Source of the DNA: an uncultured delta proteobacterium
GTDB taxonomy: Bacteria; Myxococcota; UBA727; VGSZ01
Assembly (NCBI GenBank): GCA_963775425.1
Contig: CAVZJB010000011.1
Coordinates: 576,001 to 640,000 of the forward strand
Length of the DNA stretch: 64,000 bases
Direction: 5' to 3'
Made by a program: the position numbers and the translations under genes. Below are positions 8,681 to 17,927 of the stretch, one piece after another. Each line of letters begins with the position of its first letter. Within the stretch, counting starts at the first letter, position 1. The notes below the pieces were generated by a model, which was not told the origin of the DNA, made no database searches, and was given only the letters and a program-made list of their open reading frames with translations.

Positions 8681-9640
8681 TCAGCCGCGCTCGAGCTCGA
8701 GGACGAGGGCGTCGCCGGTGCCGTCGAGCGTGACCCACAGCCGGCCGCGGTCGTCGAAGCAGATGCCCTCGGTCTTGGCGCTGCGCTTCACGGGGACCTC
8801 GAACGACGAGATCACCTTCAGCTCGATGCGATCGAGGAGCCCGTTGCCCGCGCGCGCCTTGCCCATCTTGATGGCCATCTCCACGACGGTGTGGGCCTCG
8901 TCGGAGATGACGAGCAGGTGGCCCGTCTTCGGATCCACCGCGACGTCTGCGAGGTCGGGCAACAGCTCCTTTGCTTTCTTGGGCAGGCGCATGAGCACGC
9001 CCTCGTCGAGGTCGGGCAGGGCGTAGATGCCGATGCGGCGGGGATCTCCCTCGTGCGCGCACACGAGCTGATCCTTCTTGGTGCCCGCGACTTCCTTGGG
9101 GAGGAAGGTGATGCCCTCCCAGCCCTTGTTCTCGACGTGCTTGAGCTTGGGCAGGCGGTGCTCCACCTTGCTCTCGGTCAGCTCGAGGCCGCCGTCGTGG
9201 TCGCGCTTCACGTCGTAACGCGTGACGCGTCGCGACTCCTCCTCGACGGTCCAGACGTGCTTGCCCTTGTCGTCGACGGCGATGCCCTCGACGTCGTGCG
9301 TGTCCTTGACCAGGCGCTGGGCCTTGCCGTCGCGCTGCAGCGTGTAGATGCCCTTGTCGTCGTCGACGACGATGAGCTCGCCGGTGGGCAGGTGGGCGAT
9401 GCCGCTCGGGCTCCTCACGCCCGTGCTGATCTCCGCCACCACCGAAGCGCCGCGGATGCAATTCACCTCGAGCTCGGGCTTCTTGGTGAGCTTTTCGACG
9501 TCGAGCTTCTCGACCTTCGGCAGGTGTCCGAGGAGCTTGGAGGTGGGGACGTTGGAGACCACCGCCGGGCGCACGCCGTGCGTGCGCTCGACGTGGTGGC
9601 GTCCGATGATGGGCGGCGTGCCGCCGTGGACCTTGGGCAT
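8681..9640 (-). CDS. SdiA-regulated/YjiK-like beta-propeller protein
   Basis: Repeated blades SPSGIA, DVEGIAVD, NKGWEGITF, DLADVAVDP..HLLVISDEA, TEGICFDDRGRLWV; start overlaps the upstream stop (TGATG). Confidence 0.75.
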   Translation of the reverse strand: MPKVHGGTPPIIGRHHVERTHGVRPAVVSNVPTSKLLGHLPKVEKLDVEKLTKKPELEVNCIRGASVVAEISTGVRSPSGIAHLPTGELIVVDDDKGIYTLQRDGKAQRLVKDTHDVEGIAVDDKGKHVWTVEEESRRVTRYDVKRDHDGGLELTESKVEHRLPKLKHVENKGWEGITFLPKEVAGTKKDQLVCAHEGDPRRIGIYALPDLDEGVLMRLPKKAKELLPDLADVAVDPKTGHLLVISDEAHTVVEMAIKMGKARAGNGLLDRIELKVISSFEVPVKRSAKTEGICFDDRGRLWVTLDGTGDALVLELERG

Positions 9641-12600
9641 CAGCCCAGGACCTTCTCGACCGTGTCGGCGCCCTTGCTGCCGGTGGCCGCCTCCCACTTC
9701 ACGTCGAAGCCGTGCTTCTTGGCCTCGTCGACGACGTGCTTGCCGCGGAAGTCGGCGACGGACTCCTGCGTCTTCAACAGCGTGGTCCACACGAAGTTGG
9801 CCATGTCCAGGTCTTCCTTGAGCTGCGCGTGGCCCACCGTGGGTTGGTTCTGGTTGGTGGTGGCGAACGCCTTGACGTTGAAGTCCTGCATGCCCTTCTC
9901 GGTCCAGGCCTTGGACACACCGTGGTCGCTGAAGAAGTCGGTGAGGTCGTTCAGGAACTTGGTCTTCTTGTCCTGGCTCTGGTTCCAGCCGAGCTGCGCC
10001 TTGAGCCAGGTGTCCAGCGTGGCCGGGTCCTGCGGGTTGACGTTGCTGCCCTGCACGCCTTGCGCGAACTGCATCAAGAGGTCGACGGACTTGGCGTGCT
10101 TGGTGACGCCGGCCATCATGGCCTCGTCCATCGCCAGCGGCGATCCCTTGCTCCTGGCGAACGCGGCGAGATCGTCGAGGAACGCCTTCTTCTGGCCGGC
10201 CGGCGCCTTGAGCTGCGCGTCGAGGTACTTGGTGAACGACGCGGGGTCGTTGGCGGCGACGCCCGAGCCCTGCTTCTGGAGCGCGTAGTCCATGAACACG
10301 CCGGCGGCGGCGCTGCTGATGGCGGACTCGGCCTTGTCGATGGCGGTGGTGTAGGGGAGCTCGTAGCCGAGCTCGATCTGGAAGTCGTTGCTGATGCCGA
10401 ACCCGATCATCTTGGAGGCGTCGAGCGGATCACGCGACGCGCGCTCGGTCTTGCTGAGCGCGAGGCCGTTTTTGAGGTTGTACTGCTCTTCGACGTCGAA
10501 GCTGTCGATGATGAAGTTGGACCAGCCCGAGCGCTGCGCCGAGCAGTACGCGCTGCGCGCGGAGTCGAACCACAGCGTCTGGCCGAAGGTGGCACCCTCT
10601 TCGACCATGCGGTGGAGCACCTCGAGGTCCTCGAACACGAGGTTCTTGCGGATGTCGCCGAGCACCGCATCCTTGTCGGTGGCGGTCTTGAGCTTGTCGT
10701 TGCCCTTGGACGCGAGGAACGCGCCGAGCTGATCGATGAACGCTTGCTTGTCGGCCCCGGCGAGCTTGGCGTCGAACTCAGCGAGGAACGGCGCCGCCGT
10801 GGTGTCGCGCTCGAGGGTGGCCGGCACCTGCAGCGGGGAGAGCATCTCGAGCGTGATGTCGTCGAGGCGCTTGCTGGCGAGCCCGCTGTTGGCGAGCAGC
10901 TTCAAGCGGTCGTCCTCGGGCATCTGGTTGACCTTGTCGAGGTACGCCTTGTACGTCTCGGGCTTGCCCTGCACGACGCCGCTGCCCTGCTGCGTGGCGG
11001 CCCAGGTCATGAACTTGCTCGCGGTGGACTTGGCCTGAAGGAAGTCCTTCACGTCGTCGAAGCTGCCGGCCTTGCGCACGCTCTTGTCGTCGTTGCCGGC
11101 GATCTTGCGCTCGGTGTCGTTGTCGAACCTGGCGGTGAAGTCGTTGAACGCGGCGACGATGCTGTCCGCGACGACCTTGCGCTTCTTGACCTCGGTCTTG
11201 TCCGACGTGGTGCCCTGGTCGGGCCACAGCTTGTCGATGGCGGCCTTGTCCACGGTCATGTTGGGGTCGATCTTCTTCAGGCCCTCCGTGGCGCGCTTCA
11301 CGATCTCGCTCCGATCGATGAGCGCCTGGCACGCCGCGGACAGCGCCGTCTTGTCCGCCGCCGGCAGCGTCGTGGACGCGTTGATGAGCGTGAGCATGTC
11401 GCCGACCTTGCCGCTGCACACCTTGAACGCGTTGAGCAGCGCCTGCGGCTCGGTCTCGTTCAGGTGATAGCGGCCGCGCACCTGGCGCAGGCAGGCGGCC
11501 TGCTCGAGGACGAGCGTGTCCTTGTGCTGGCCGTAGGTCTTCAGCGCGCCCTTGGACTTGAGGTACGTGTACGCCTGCGCGAGGGGCTCGATGACCGCTC
11601 CCTGCTGGTACCAGCCGGCGCCGGTCAGCTTGGCGCCCTTGATGGCGTCGTCGAGCTTGGCGACGGTGTCGTCGGTGGGGCTGTCGGTGCGGATGTCGGC
11701 CTTGGCGGCGGACTTCACACCGTAGCTGTCCACCTCGGTGCCGATCTTCATGGCGATGAGCACGCGCGTGGGCTTGCCGCTCTCGTCGTCGACGCGGGTG
11801 CGGCCGCGGATCATGACGTTGTTGTCGAGCAGGTCGCGCGTGAGCTTGCCGGTGGTGGGGTCCTTGGTGGCGTAGAAGACGTCGAAGAAGGTGTCCCGCC
11901 CGACGCTGATCTCGCGGTCGCCGGTCTTCTGGTCGATCTCCATGCGGCCGGGCTCGACGGTGAGTGAGATGTACGGGTTCATCTGGCGCACCTCGTGCGC
12001 CTTGCTCGACCAATCGAGCTCGTCGAGGCTCATGCCCTGGTAGCCGACGCCGAGCGCGACGGTGTCGCGGTTCTTCTGGAGCTTGTGCAGCACCGTCTTG
12101 CTGCCGCTCTTGGCGGTCATCAGCGCATACATCTGGTCCTTGTCGAGGCCGTTGGCCTGGCGCACCGCCTCGACCTCGAGGCTGTCGCGCCCGCTCGTGC
12201 CCTGCGCGCCGGCGAAGGTGCTCGCGTCGATGAACGGGACGCCCTGCAGCGGGTCCGCGCCGGGCGTGGTCGTGGGGCCGGGGGTCGGGTTCACCGGGGC
12301 CGTGCCCGCGGCCCTGGCGGTGAGCATGGCGCCGGCGACGCTGAGGGTGCCGTCGGGCCGGCTGCGCGTGGCGTGGCCGAAGTCGGTCCGGGTGGACGCG
12401 TACCAGTGGGAGTCGTTCATGCCGAGCGCCTTGGCGAGGTCGCTGCCGCGGCTGAAGTCGAGGCTGTCGCCCTGGGCCACCGCCGAGCTCGGCTTGACGA
12501 CGTCATCGAGGGCCTCGAGGAGCTCGCGGGTGTACTCCTTGACGTCCTTGTTGCCCGCCGCCTGCTGGAGCGTCTGGTACGCCGCCTTGAGGTCGGCCGC

Positions 12601-12759
12601 GTTCTTGACGTCGACGGCGGCGGCGCCGTCGCCGACCTTCACGGTGATGCCCTTGGTCTCGATCTCCTTGCCGACGGCGTCGAGCCACTCGGCGTGGTCG
12701 GGCTTCGAGAAGAGGTCGGGGCGAAACTCGATACCGCGCTTGACATGGATGGTGGGCAT
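9640..12759 (-). CDS. Large (1039 aa) hypothetical protein with dispersed CYTH/triphosphate-tunnel-like motifs
   Basis: Long ORF with strong host codon bias and no signal peptide. FFDVFYATKD..LLDNNVMIRGRTR..VLIAMK, RQVRGRYHL, FIIDSFDV and QIELGYE resemble CYTH strands. The CDS is solid; the function is tentative. Confidence 0.7.
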   Translation of the reverse strand: MPTIHVKRGIEFRPDLFSKPDHAEWLDAVGKEIETKGITVKVGDGAAAVDVKNAADLKAAYQTLQQAAGNKDVKEYTRELLEALDDVVKPSSAVAQGDSLDFSRGSDLAKALGMNDSHWYASTRTDFGHATRSRPDGTLSVAGAMLTARAAGTAPVNPTPGPTTTPGADPLQGVPFIDASTFAGAQGTSGRDSLEVEAVRQANGLDKDQMYALMTAKSGSKTVLHKLQKNRDTVALGVGYQGMSLDELDWSSKAHEVRQMNPYISLTVEPGRMEIDQKTGDREISVGRDTFFDVFYATKDPTTGKLTRDLLDNNVMIRGRTRVDDESGKPTRVLIAMKIGTEVDSYGVKSAAKADIRTDSPTDDTVAKLDDAIKGAKLTGAGWYQQGAVIEPLAQAYTYLKSKGALKTYGQHKDTLVLEQAACLRQVRGRYHLNETEPQALLNAFKVCSGKVGDMLTLINASTTLPAADKTALSAACQALIDRSEIVKRATEGLKKIDPNMTVDKAAIDKLWPDQGTTSDKTEVKKRKVVADSIVAAFNDFTARFDNDTERKIAGNDDKSVRKAGSFDDVKDFLQAKSTASKFMTWAATQQGSGVVQGKPETYKAYLDKVNQMPEDDRLKLLANSGLASKRLDDITLEMLSPLQVPATLERDTTAAPFLAEFDAKLAGADKQAFIDQLGAFLASKGNDKLKTATDKDAVLGDIRKNLVFEDLEVLHRMVEEGATFGQTLWFDSARSAYCSAQRSGWSNFIIDSFDVEEQYNLKNGLALSKTERASRDPLDASKMIGFGISNDFQIELGYELPYTTAIDKAESAISSAAAGVFMDYALQKQGSGVAANDPASFTKYLDAQLKAPAGQKKAFLDDLAAFARSKGSPLAMDEAMMAGVTKHAKSVDLLMQFAQGVQGSNVNPQDPATLDTWLKAQLGWNQSQDKKTKFLNDLTDFFSDHGVSKAWTEKGMQDFNVKAFATTNQNQPTVGHAQLKEDLDMANFVWTTLLKTQESVADFRGKHVVDEAKKHGFDVKWEAATGSKGADTVEKVLG

Positions 12760-12923
12760 GCCCCCTTCTAGCCCCGAAGGGCGCGATTTGGCGCGGATCC
12801 TGCCGCGCTCCCGCCCCTCGGGAGCGGCCCCCGTCACACCCGTCACCCGGAGCCCGGCCACAGGGACGATTTCCCGCTGGCCGGCGGAGCCCCGGGGGCT
12901 AGGGTCCGCGCACGGAGGCCGTC

Positions 12924-13583
12924 ATGCAAGTCGTCGTCGTCGGATCCAATCGCGGCATCGGGCTCGAGCTCGCGCGCATCTATCGCGAGCGCGGCGACGC
13001 CGTCGTGGGCGCGTGCCGCAAGAGCTCGGACGCCCTGAAGGCCACCGGCGCCGAGGTCGTCGAGGGCATCGACGTCGGCGGCGAGGGCGCCGGCGCGGCG
13101 CTGCGCAAGGCGCTCGGCGACAGGCACGTGGACGTGCTCGTGGTCGCCGCGGGCATCCTCAAGCGCCAGTCGCTCGACGACGTCGACGACCCCGGCCTCC
13201 TCGAGCAGCTCGTGGTGAACGCCGTGGGCCCGCTGCGCGTCGTCGCCGCGCTGCGAAACAACCTCGGCAAGGGCTCCAAGGTCGGGCTCATCACGTCGCG
13301 CATGGGCTCCATCGACGACAACACCTCCGGCGGCAGCTACGGCTACCGCATGTCCAAGACGGCGCTGAACATGGCGGGCCGCTCGCTCGCGCACGACCTC
13401 GCCCCCGCCGGCGTCTCGGTGATGCTGCTCCACCCTGGCTTCGTCCGCACCGACATGACCGGCGGCCACGGCGACGTCGACGCCCCCACGTCCGCCGCGG
13501 GCCTGGTGGCGCGCCTCGACGAGCTCACGCCCGAGACGAGCGGCACGTTCCGCCACGCCAACGGGCAGACGCTCCCCTGGTGA
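12924..13583 (+). CDS. Short-chain dehydrogenase, C-factor (CsgA)-like subfamily
   Basis: GSNRGIGLEL, TSRMGSIDDNTSGGSYGYRMSK, LHPGFVRTDM; GGAGG RBS. Confidence 0.88.
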   Translation: MQVVVVGSNRGIGLELARIYRERGDAVVGACRKSSDALKATGAEVVEGIDVGGEGAGAALRKALGDRHVDVLVVAAGILKRQSLDDVDDPGLLEQLVVNAVGPLRVVAALRNNLGKGSKVGLITSRMGSIDDNTSGGSYGYRMSKTALNMAGRSLAHDLAPAGVSVMLLHPGFVRTDMTGGHGDVDAPTSAAGLVARLDELTPETSGTFRHANGQTLPW

Positions 13584-13586
13584 CGC

Positions 13587-16500
13587 TCACAGCTTGAAGA
13601 GCTCCTGGAGCTGGATGCCCGCGCCGGCGATGGCGTTCCAGCCCACGCCCTTGTTCTCGTCGAGCTTGCCCGAGACCACGAACGCGTCGACGAAGAGGAA
13701 CAGCGACGTCTTCTCCGTGAGCGGCAAGAGCAGCTTGTGCGTCCACTGCATGCGCAGGGCGAGGTCGGAGGCGCGGTCGTCGTCGTCGGGCACGAGGAAC
13801 CGCAGGTCGAGCGTGGAGTCGTAGAGGAACCGCCAGAACAGCGGCACCCGCAGCTTGTAGCCGGCGACGACGCCGGCGTCGTGGTGCACGGCGCCGACGC
13901 GGGTGTCGGCGGCGTACTCGGACAAGTCGTGCTGCACGAGCGCCCCGAGGCGCACCTCGCGGATCTGCGGGCCGGGATACGCGACGAGGCCGGCGGACTC
14001 GCGCAGGATGAGCTGATGGGGGAACGCCTTGTGGGGGTCGTTGGGCAGCGGCACCGGCGTGAATTCGGTGTCGAACGCCACCTGCCCGAAGGGGATGACC
14101 TGGAAAGCGTCTCCGGCGACGGACAACTTCACCTTGTTCAAGCGCAGCTCCGAGGACAGCACGATGTCGTCGCGCTGCTCCTGCGGCGGGATGTCCTGCC
14201 CGGGGATGTCGACGACGATGCCGTCGTACTGCGCGAGCGCGCGCCACTCCGACGCGATCCACGTGCCGTCGTAGAGGTAGAAGGCGTTCACGTGCGCGCC
14301 GAGCTGGTAGAGGTCCGGGTTGGCCAGGCGCGTCTCGCGAGAGCTGGCGAACAGCCCGATGTTGTCGCTGTTGCGGAACGCAGAGCCCGTCAGCGACAGC
14401 TCGTCGAAGCCGGCGGTGGTCTTGTCCACGACGACGTCGCTGTGGTCGAGCAGAAGGTCCAACGGATCCTTCTCCGCCTGCAGCTCGCGCAGCACCACGT
14501 CGTGCAGCGGGGGCTTGTCCGCCTCGACCTCCTTCCCGCGGAAGATCCCTTCGAGCTCCGGGATTCGCGCCACGGACTCGCTGAACGCGACGCTGTAGCT
14601 CTCGTCGGGGTTGATGGCGCGGCCGCCGATGCGGCCTTTCTTGGCGTCGAGGCCCGCGGCGAAGAGAAAGTCCTTGGGCTGCACCGTGTCCTTGGCCACG
14701 CGGGCAGCCACCTGCACGAGCTCGGCGCCCGTCAGGTGCGTCTCGAGGACCAGCTCATTGGTGGCGAGCCAGTCCTCGATGACGAGGCGAGGCAGGGCGC
14801 CGAGGACATCGTCACCGCGCTTGAGGTCCTTCGCGAGCGCCACCTCCACGTGGCGATCGCGCAGCATGGCGTTGGTGACGAGGTGCATCCACAGGGCGTC
14901 GGTGACGAACGGTGACCACGACCTCTCCCGCTTCATCCACGTCTGGTGGTCGAGCACGCGGTCGCCCCACACGAGCGGGTGGAGCTCGTCGTGCGCGCGG
15001 ATGAACGGCTCGGGGTCGGGCAGGAGGATCGCGCCGTCGCGCGCCACTTGTTTCTCCTCGAACGCGCGCAGCTTCTTTCGGTACACCGCGTCCACGGGAT
15101 CGCCGTCGAGGAGGGGCACCGTGTCGTCGCTGATCGCGGTCAGCACCCGGCGCGTGTCCGGCGGCGCGTCGTCGGCGGCGGCGAAGGACACCGTGGCGTG
15201 GCTGACGGACCACGCGTTGGCGGCGGACAACAGCGACGTGTCCTGGCCGGGCTGGCGCTCTCGCCCCCCGCGCGCCGGCGAGACGGCGACGTCGCGCTTG
15301 CGCTCGATGAAGTCGCCCCACGGCGTCCCCTCGAAGACGAGGTCGACGTGCGGGAAGGCGCGGAGGTCGAGGGCGGGCTCGTGGTCCGCCGACGACAGCA
15401 CCACGGTGAGATCGGGCCAGCGCCGCAACTGGTCGTGGACGGCCTGCAGGGCGTTGTCGAGGGCGAGGATGGGGGGATCCACGCGCCACTGCGCGCGCAC
15501 GGCGCTCGGCAGGTCGTCGAAGCGGTTGCTGCCGACCACGCCGAGGAGGGCGACCTTCATGCCGTCGACGTCCACGATGCGGAAGCGCGGAAACGGCCGA
15601 TCGCCGTCCTTGTCGCGCAGGTTCACGGCGACGTACCGGAGCGACGCGCTCCTGGCGAAATCGTGCAGGCCCTTCACGCCGAGCTCGAGGTCGGCGGTGC
15701 GCGGCACGACGGCGGCGACGTGCTCGCCGGCGAGCGTCGAGGCGCACAGCGCGGTCTCGCCGGCGTCGATGGGCCGCCGCGGCGGCACGTCGCCGGCGTG
15801 GACGACGAGGGTGCGCGCGGCGGGCAGCGACGACACGAGCGCGTCGAGCCTGGCTTTGACGGCGCCGCCGCCGCCGGCGGGGCGCGCGAACGCGAAGATC
15901 TGCGCGCCCGGGTCGTCCTTGGGCTTCACGGCGCCGAGCACCGCGAAGCGGCGGTCGAACGAGAGCACGCCTGACGTCAGCGGGTCGCCGGCGGGGGGCT
16001 TGCCGCCGGCGAGCCAATCGGCCTCGAGGGCGAGGACGACGTCGTCGCCGCGGGTGTAGCGCACGAGCCTCGCCTTTTTGCGCTCGAGGTCGGCGAAGCC
16101 GCCGGTGCGCGCGGCGTCGTCCTCGATGAGGGCGAGGTAGTCCGTCGTCCCTTCGACGGGCCACTGAAACGCGAGGTCGCGGAGGGTGACGAGCACGTCG
16201 AGCGACTCCGCGAGCACCTCGCGGCGGGTGTCGCCGCCGTGCGCGAGGAAGCGCCCGACGACGCCGACGTCGCCGAGGTGCGAGGCCTCCGGGAAGAGGA
16301 GGCGGTCGTCCTTGTGCAGCGCGCTGGGGTTGAGCGCCCGGATGACGTAGCTGCCGCCGCGCTGCGCCATGGGATCGAAGAGGCCGCCGGCGAGGTTTGC
16401 GTTGGAGGTCCGCGCCCCGAAGCAGCCGGGGCCGACGCGCACGATGTGAAGGACGTCGTCGCCGGCCGCGGCCGAGCTCCGCGGGGCCGGCGCCTCGTGG

Positions 16501-16595
16501 TCGCCGACGGGCGCCGGCGCCTCCGCGGGGGGCGTGCCGTTGTCGGCGGAGGCGGAGGCGGTGGCGAGGGCGAGGGCGAAGAGCGCGGCGATCAT
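13587..16595 (-). CDS. Secreted 5'-nucleotidase-fold protein (degenerate active site) fused to a C-terminal probable outer-membrane beta-barrel
   Basis: Signal peptide; VHAGD, YVAVNL..PFPRFRIVDVDGMKVALLGV (metallophosphoesterase); LTGAEL..INPDESYSVA (5'-nucleotidase C-domain); the last ~290 aa are alternating amphipathic aromatic strands. Confidence 0.65.
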   Translation of the reverse strand: MIAALFALALATASASADNGTPPAEAPAPVGDHEAPAPRSSAAAGDDVLHIVRVGPGCFGARTSNANLAGGLFDPMAQRGGSYVIRALNPSALHKDDRLLFPEASHLGDVGVVGRFLAHGGDTRREVLAESLDVLVTLRDLAFQWPVEGTTDYLALIEDDAARTGGFADLERKKARLVRYTRGDDVVLALEADWLAGGKPPAGDPLTSGVLSFDRRFAVLGAVKPKDDPGAQIFAFARPAGGGGAVKARLDALVSSLPAARTLVVHAGDVPPRRPIDAGETALCASTLAGEHVAAVVPRTADLELGVKGLHDFARSASLRYVAVNLRDKDGDRPFPRFRIVDVDGMKVALLGVVGSNRFDDLPSAVRAQWRVDPPILALDNALQAVHDQLRRWPDLTVVLSSADHEPALDLRAFPHVDLVFEGTPWGDFIERKRDVAVSPARGGRERQPGQDTSLLSAANAWSVSHATVSFAAADDAPPDTRRVLTAISDDTVPLLDGDPVDAVYRKKLRAFEEKQVARDGAILLPDPEPFIRAHDELHPLVWGDRVLDHQTWMKRERSWSPFVTDALWMHLVTNAMLRDRHVEVALAKDLKRGDDVLGALPRLVIEDWLATNELVLETHLTGAELVQVAARVAKDTVQPKDFLFAAGLDAKKGRIGGRAINPDESYSVAFSESVARIPELEGIFRGKEVEADKPPLHDVVLRELQAEKDPLDLLLDHSDVVVDKTTAGFDELSLTGSAFRNSDNIGLFASSRETRLANPDLYQLGAHVNAFYLYDGTWIASEWRALAQYDGIVVDIPGQDIPPQEQRDDIVLSSELRLNKVKLSVAGDAFQVIPFGQVAFDTEFTPVPLPNDPHKAFPHQLILRESAGLVAYPGPQIREVRLGALVQHDLSEYAADTRVGAVHHDAGVVAGYKLRVPLFWRFLYDSTLDLRFLVPDDDDRASDLALRMQWTHKLLLPLTEKTSLFLFVDAFVVSGKLDENKGVGWNAIAGAGIQLQELFKL

Positions 16596-16650
16596 CCCGC
16601 GGACCGTCCCACGCAGCGGGCCGCCGGGGAAGGCGTCGGCGCGAGCTCGC

Positions 16651-16683
16651 CACGCTCGTCACACGGCGTCACGCTCGTCACAC
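16651..16683. repeat. 14-bp direct repeat CACGCTCGTCACAC x2 in a divergent intergenic region
   Basis: Copies at 16651-16664 and 16670-16683; GTCAC cores at 16658, 16668 and 16677. Confidence 0.75.
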
Positions 16684-16771
16684 CGGGAGCGCGATGTTCG
16701 GCGGCGGCGGCGGATGTGTTGCGTCGCCCCGGTCACGGCCGGCCTCATCCCCCGCGTGCTATCCGATGGGA

Positions 16772-17794
16772 ATGTCACCTGTGCGCAACGACCGCATCTC
16801 CGCCCAGAACCTCAACAAGACCACGGTCCCCGACGTCGAGCAGCCCGACAAGGCCAAGCAGACGGCGACGCCCGCGCCCGCCGAGGTGCAGGCGCCGAAG
16901 AAGACGGCGACGCTCGAGGAGCAGACGGACGCCCGCAAGATGACCAGCAACGCCGGCGCCGTCGTCCGCGCGCGCATGCCCACCGACGAGCAGCTCGCGG
17001 CGCTCAAGACGCATCACCCGCTCGCGCGCGGCGACGACAGCCCCGAGGTGAACAAGGACGTCGTCGAGCTGCAGACCTTCCTCAAGGACAAGGGGTTGTT
17101 CAAGGGCGAGGCCAACGGCAAGTTCGACGCGGCCACCGACAAGGCGGTGCGCGAGTTCCAGGCGCAAAACGGTCTCAAGGTCGACGGCGTCGTCGGGCAG
17201 CAGACGTGGGGCGCGATGATGGGGCTCAAGCTCGAGCCCGGCTTGAAGCTCCTGCAGCCGTGGGCGCACTCGTTCGCGCACCGCACGGGCCCGGTGACGT
17301 CGTCACCCGACGCGAGCTCGCTGCGGTCCAAGGCGCTCGCCATGCACGGGCAGCCGTTCCTCGACAAGCTCGATCAGGTCGCCGGACGCCTCGGCGTCAG
17401 CCCCGACTCCATGCTCAAGATCATGAACAGCGAGTCCGGGCTGCGCACCGACGCCGTGAACCCCAACGGCGGTGCCACCGGCCTCATCCAGTTCATGCCG
17501 TCGACGGCGCGCGGCCTCGGCACGTCCACCGACGCGCTCAAGCGCATGAGCGCCGTGGAGCAGCTCGACTACGTCGAGAAGTACTACAAGCCCTACGCCG
17601 GGCAGTTGCACAACGCCACCGACCTCTACACCGTCACGTTCTATCCCGCGGCGCTCGGCAAGCCCGGCGACTACGTCATCGGCGGCAAGAACGCCGGCAT
17701 GATCGCCCGCGCCAACCCCGCCTTCGACATCGACGGCGACGGCGCCATCACCGCGCAGAACTTCCGTGACTGGTGCGCGCGCCGCTTCGGGTGA
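16772..17794 (+). CDS. Peptidoglycan-binding domain plus SLT/lysozyme-like lytic transglycosylase, with C-terminal DxDGDG loop
   Basis: DVVELQTFL..GKFDAATDKAVREFQAQNGLKVDGVVGQQTW (PG_binding_1); MNSESG, ATGLIQFMPSTA, EQLDYVEKY (SLT); DIDGDGAIT. Confidence 0.88.
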   Translation: MSPVRNDRISAQNLNKTTVPDVEQPDKAKQTATPAPAEVQAPKKTATLEEQTDARKMTSNAGAVVRARMPTDEQLAALKTHHPLARGDDSPEVNKDVVELQTFLKDKGLFKGEANGKFDAATDKAVREFQAQNGLKVDGVVGQQTWGAMMGLKLEPGLKLLQPWAHSFAHRTGPVTSSPDASSLRSKALAMHGQPFLDKLDQVAGRLGVSPDSMLKIMNSESGLRTDAVNPNGGATGLIQFMPSTARGLGTSTDALKRMSAVEQLDYVEKYYKPYAGQLHNATDLYTVTFYPAALGKPGDYVIGGKNAGMIARANPAFDIDGDGAITAQNFRDWCARRFG

Positions 17795-17927
17795 AAGGCT
17801 CGTAGCAGCACCCGGCGAAGCCGCCCACAAGGTGGCTCGCCGCGCGGAGTACGTGGCGAGGCACGTCGGCGCGCAAAAACCGCTGCAGGTTGAGCGAAGC
17901 AGCGCGCTGTGCCGGACGCGGTGCCGC

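Noticed and set aside
12924-13583. Calling this gene csgA (developmental C-signal)
   Set aside because: The subfamily is widespread, and orthology cannot be shown from motifs alone.
17885-17903. GCAGG...AAGCAGC resembling SRP RNA domain IV
   Set aside because: It lacks the GNRA-capped stem and correct spacing, and has no long flanking helix.
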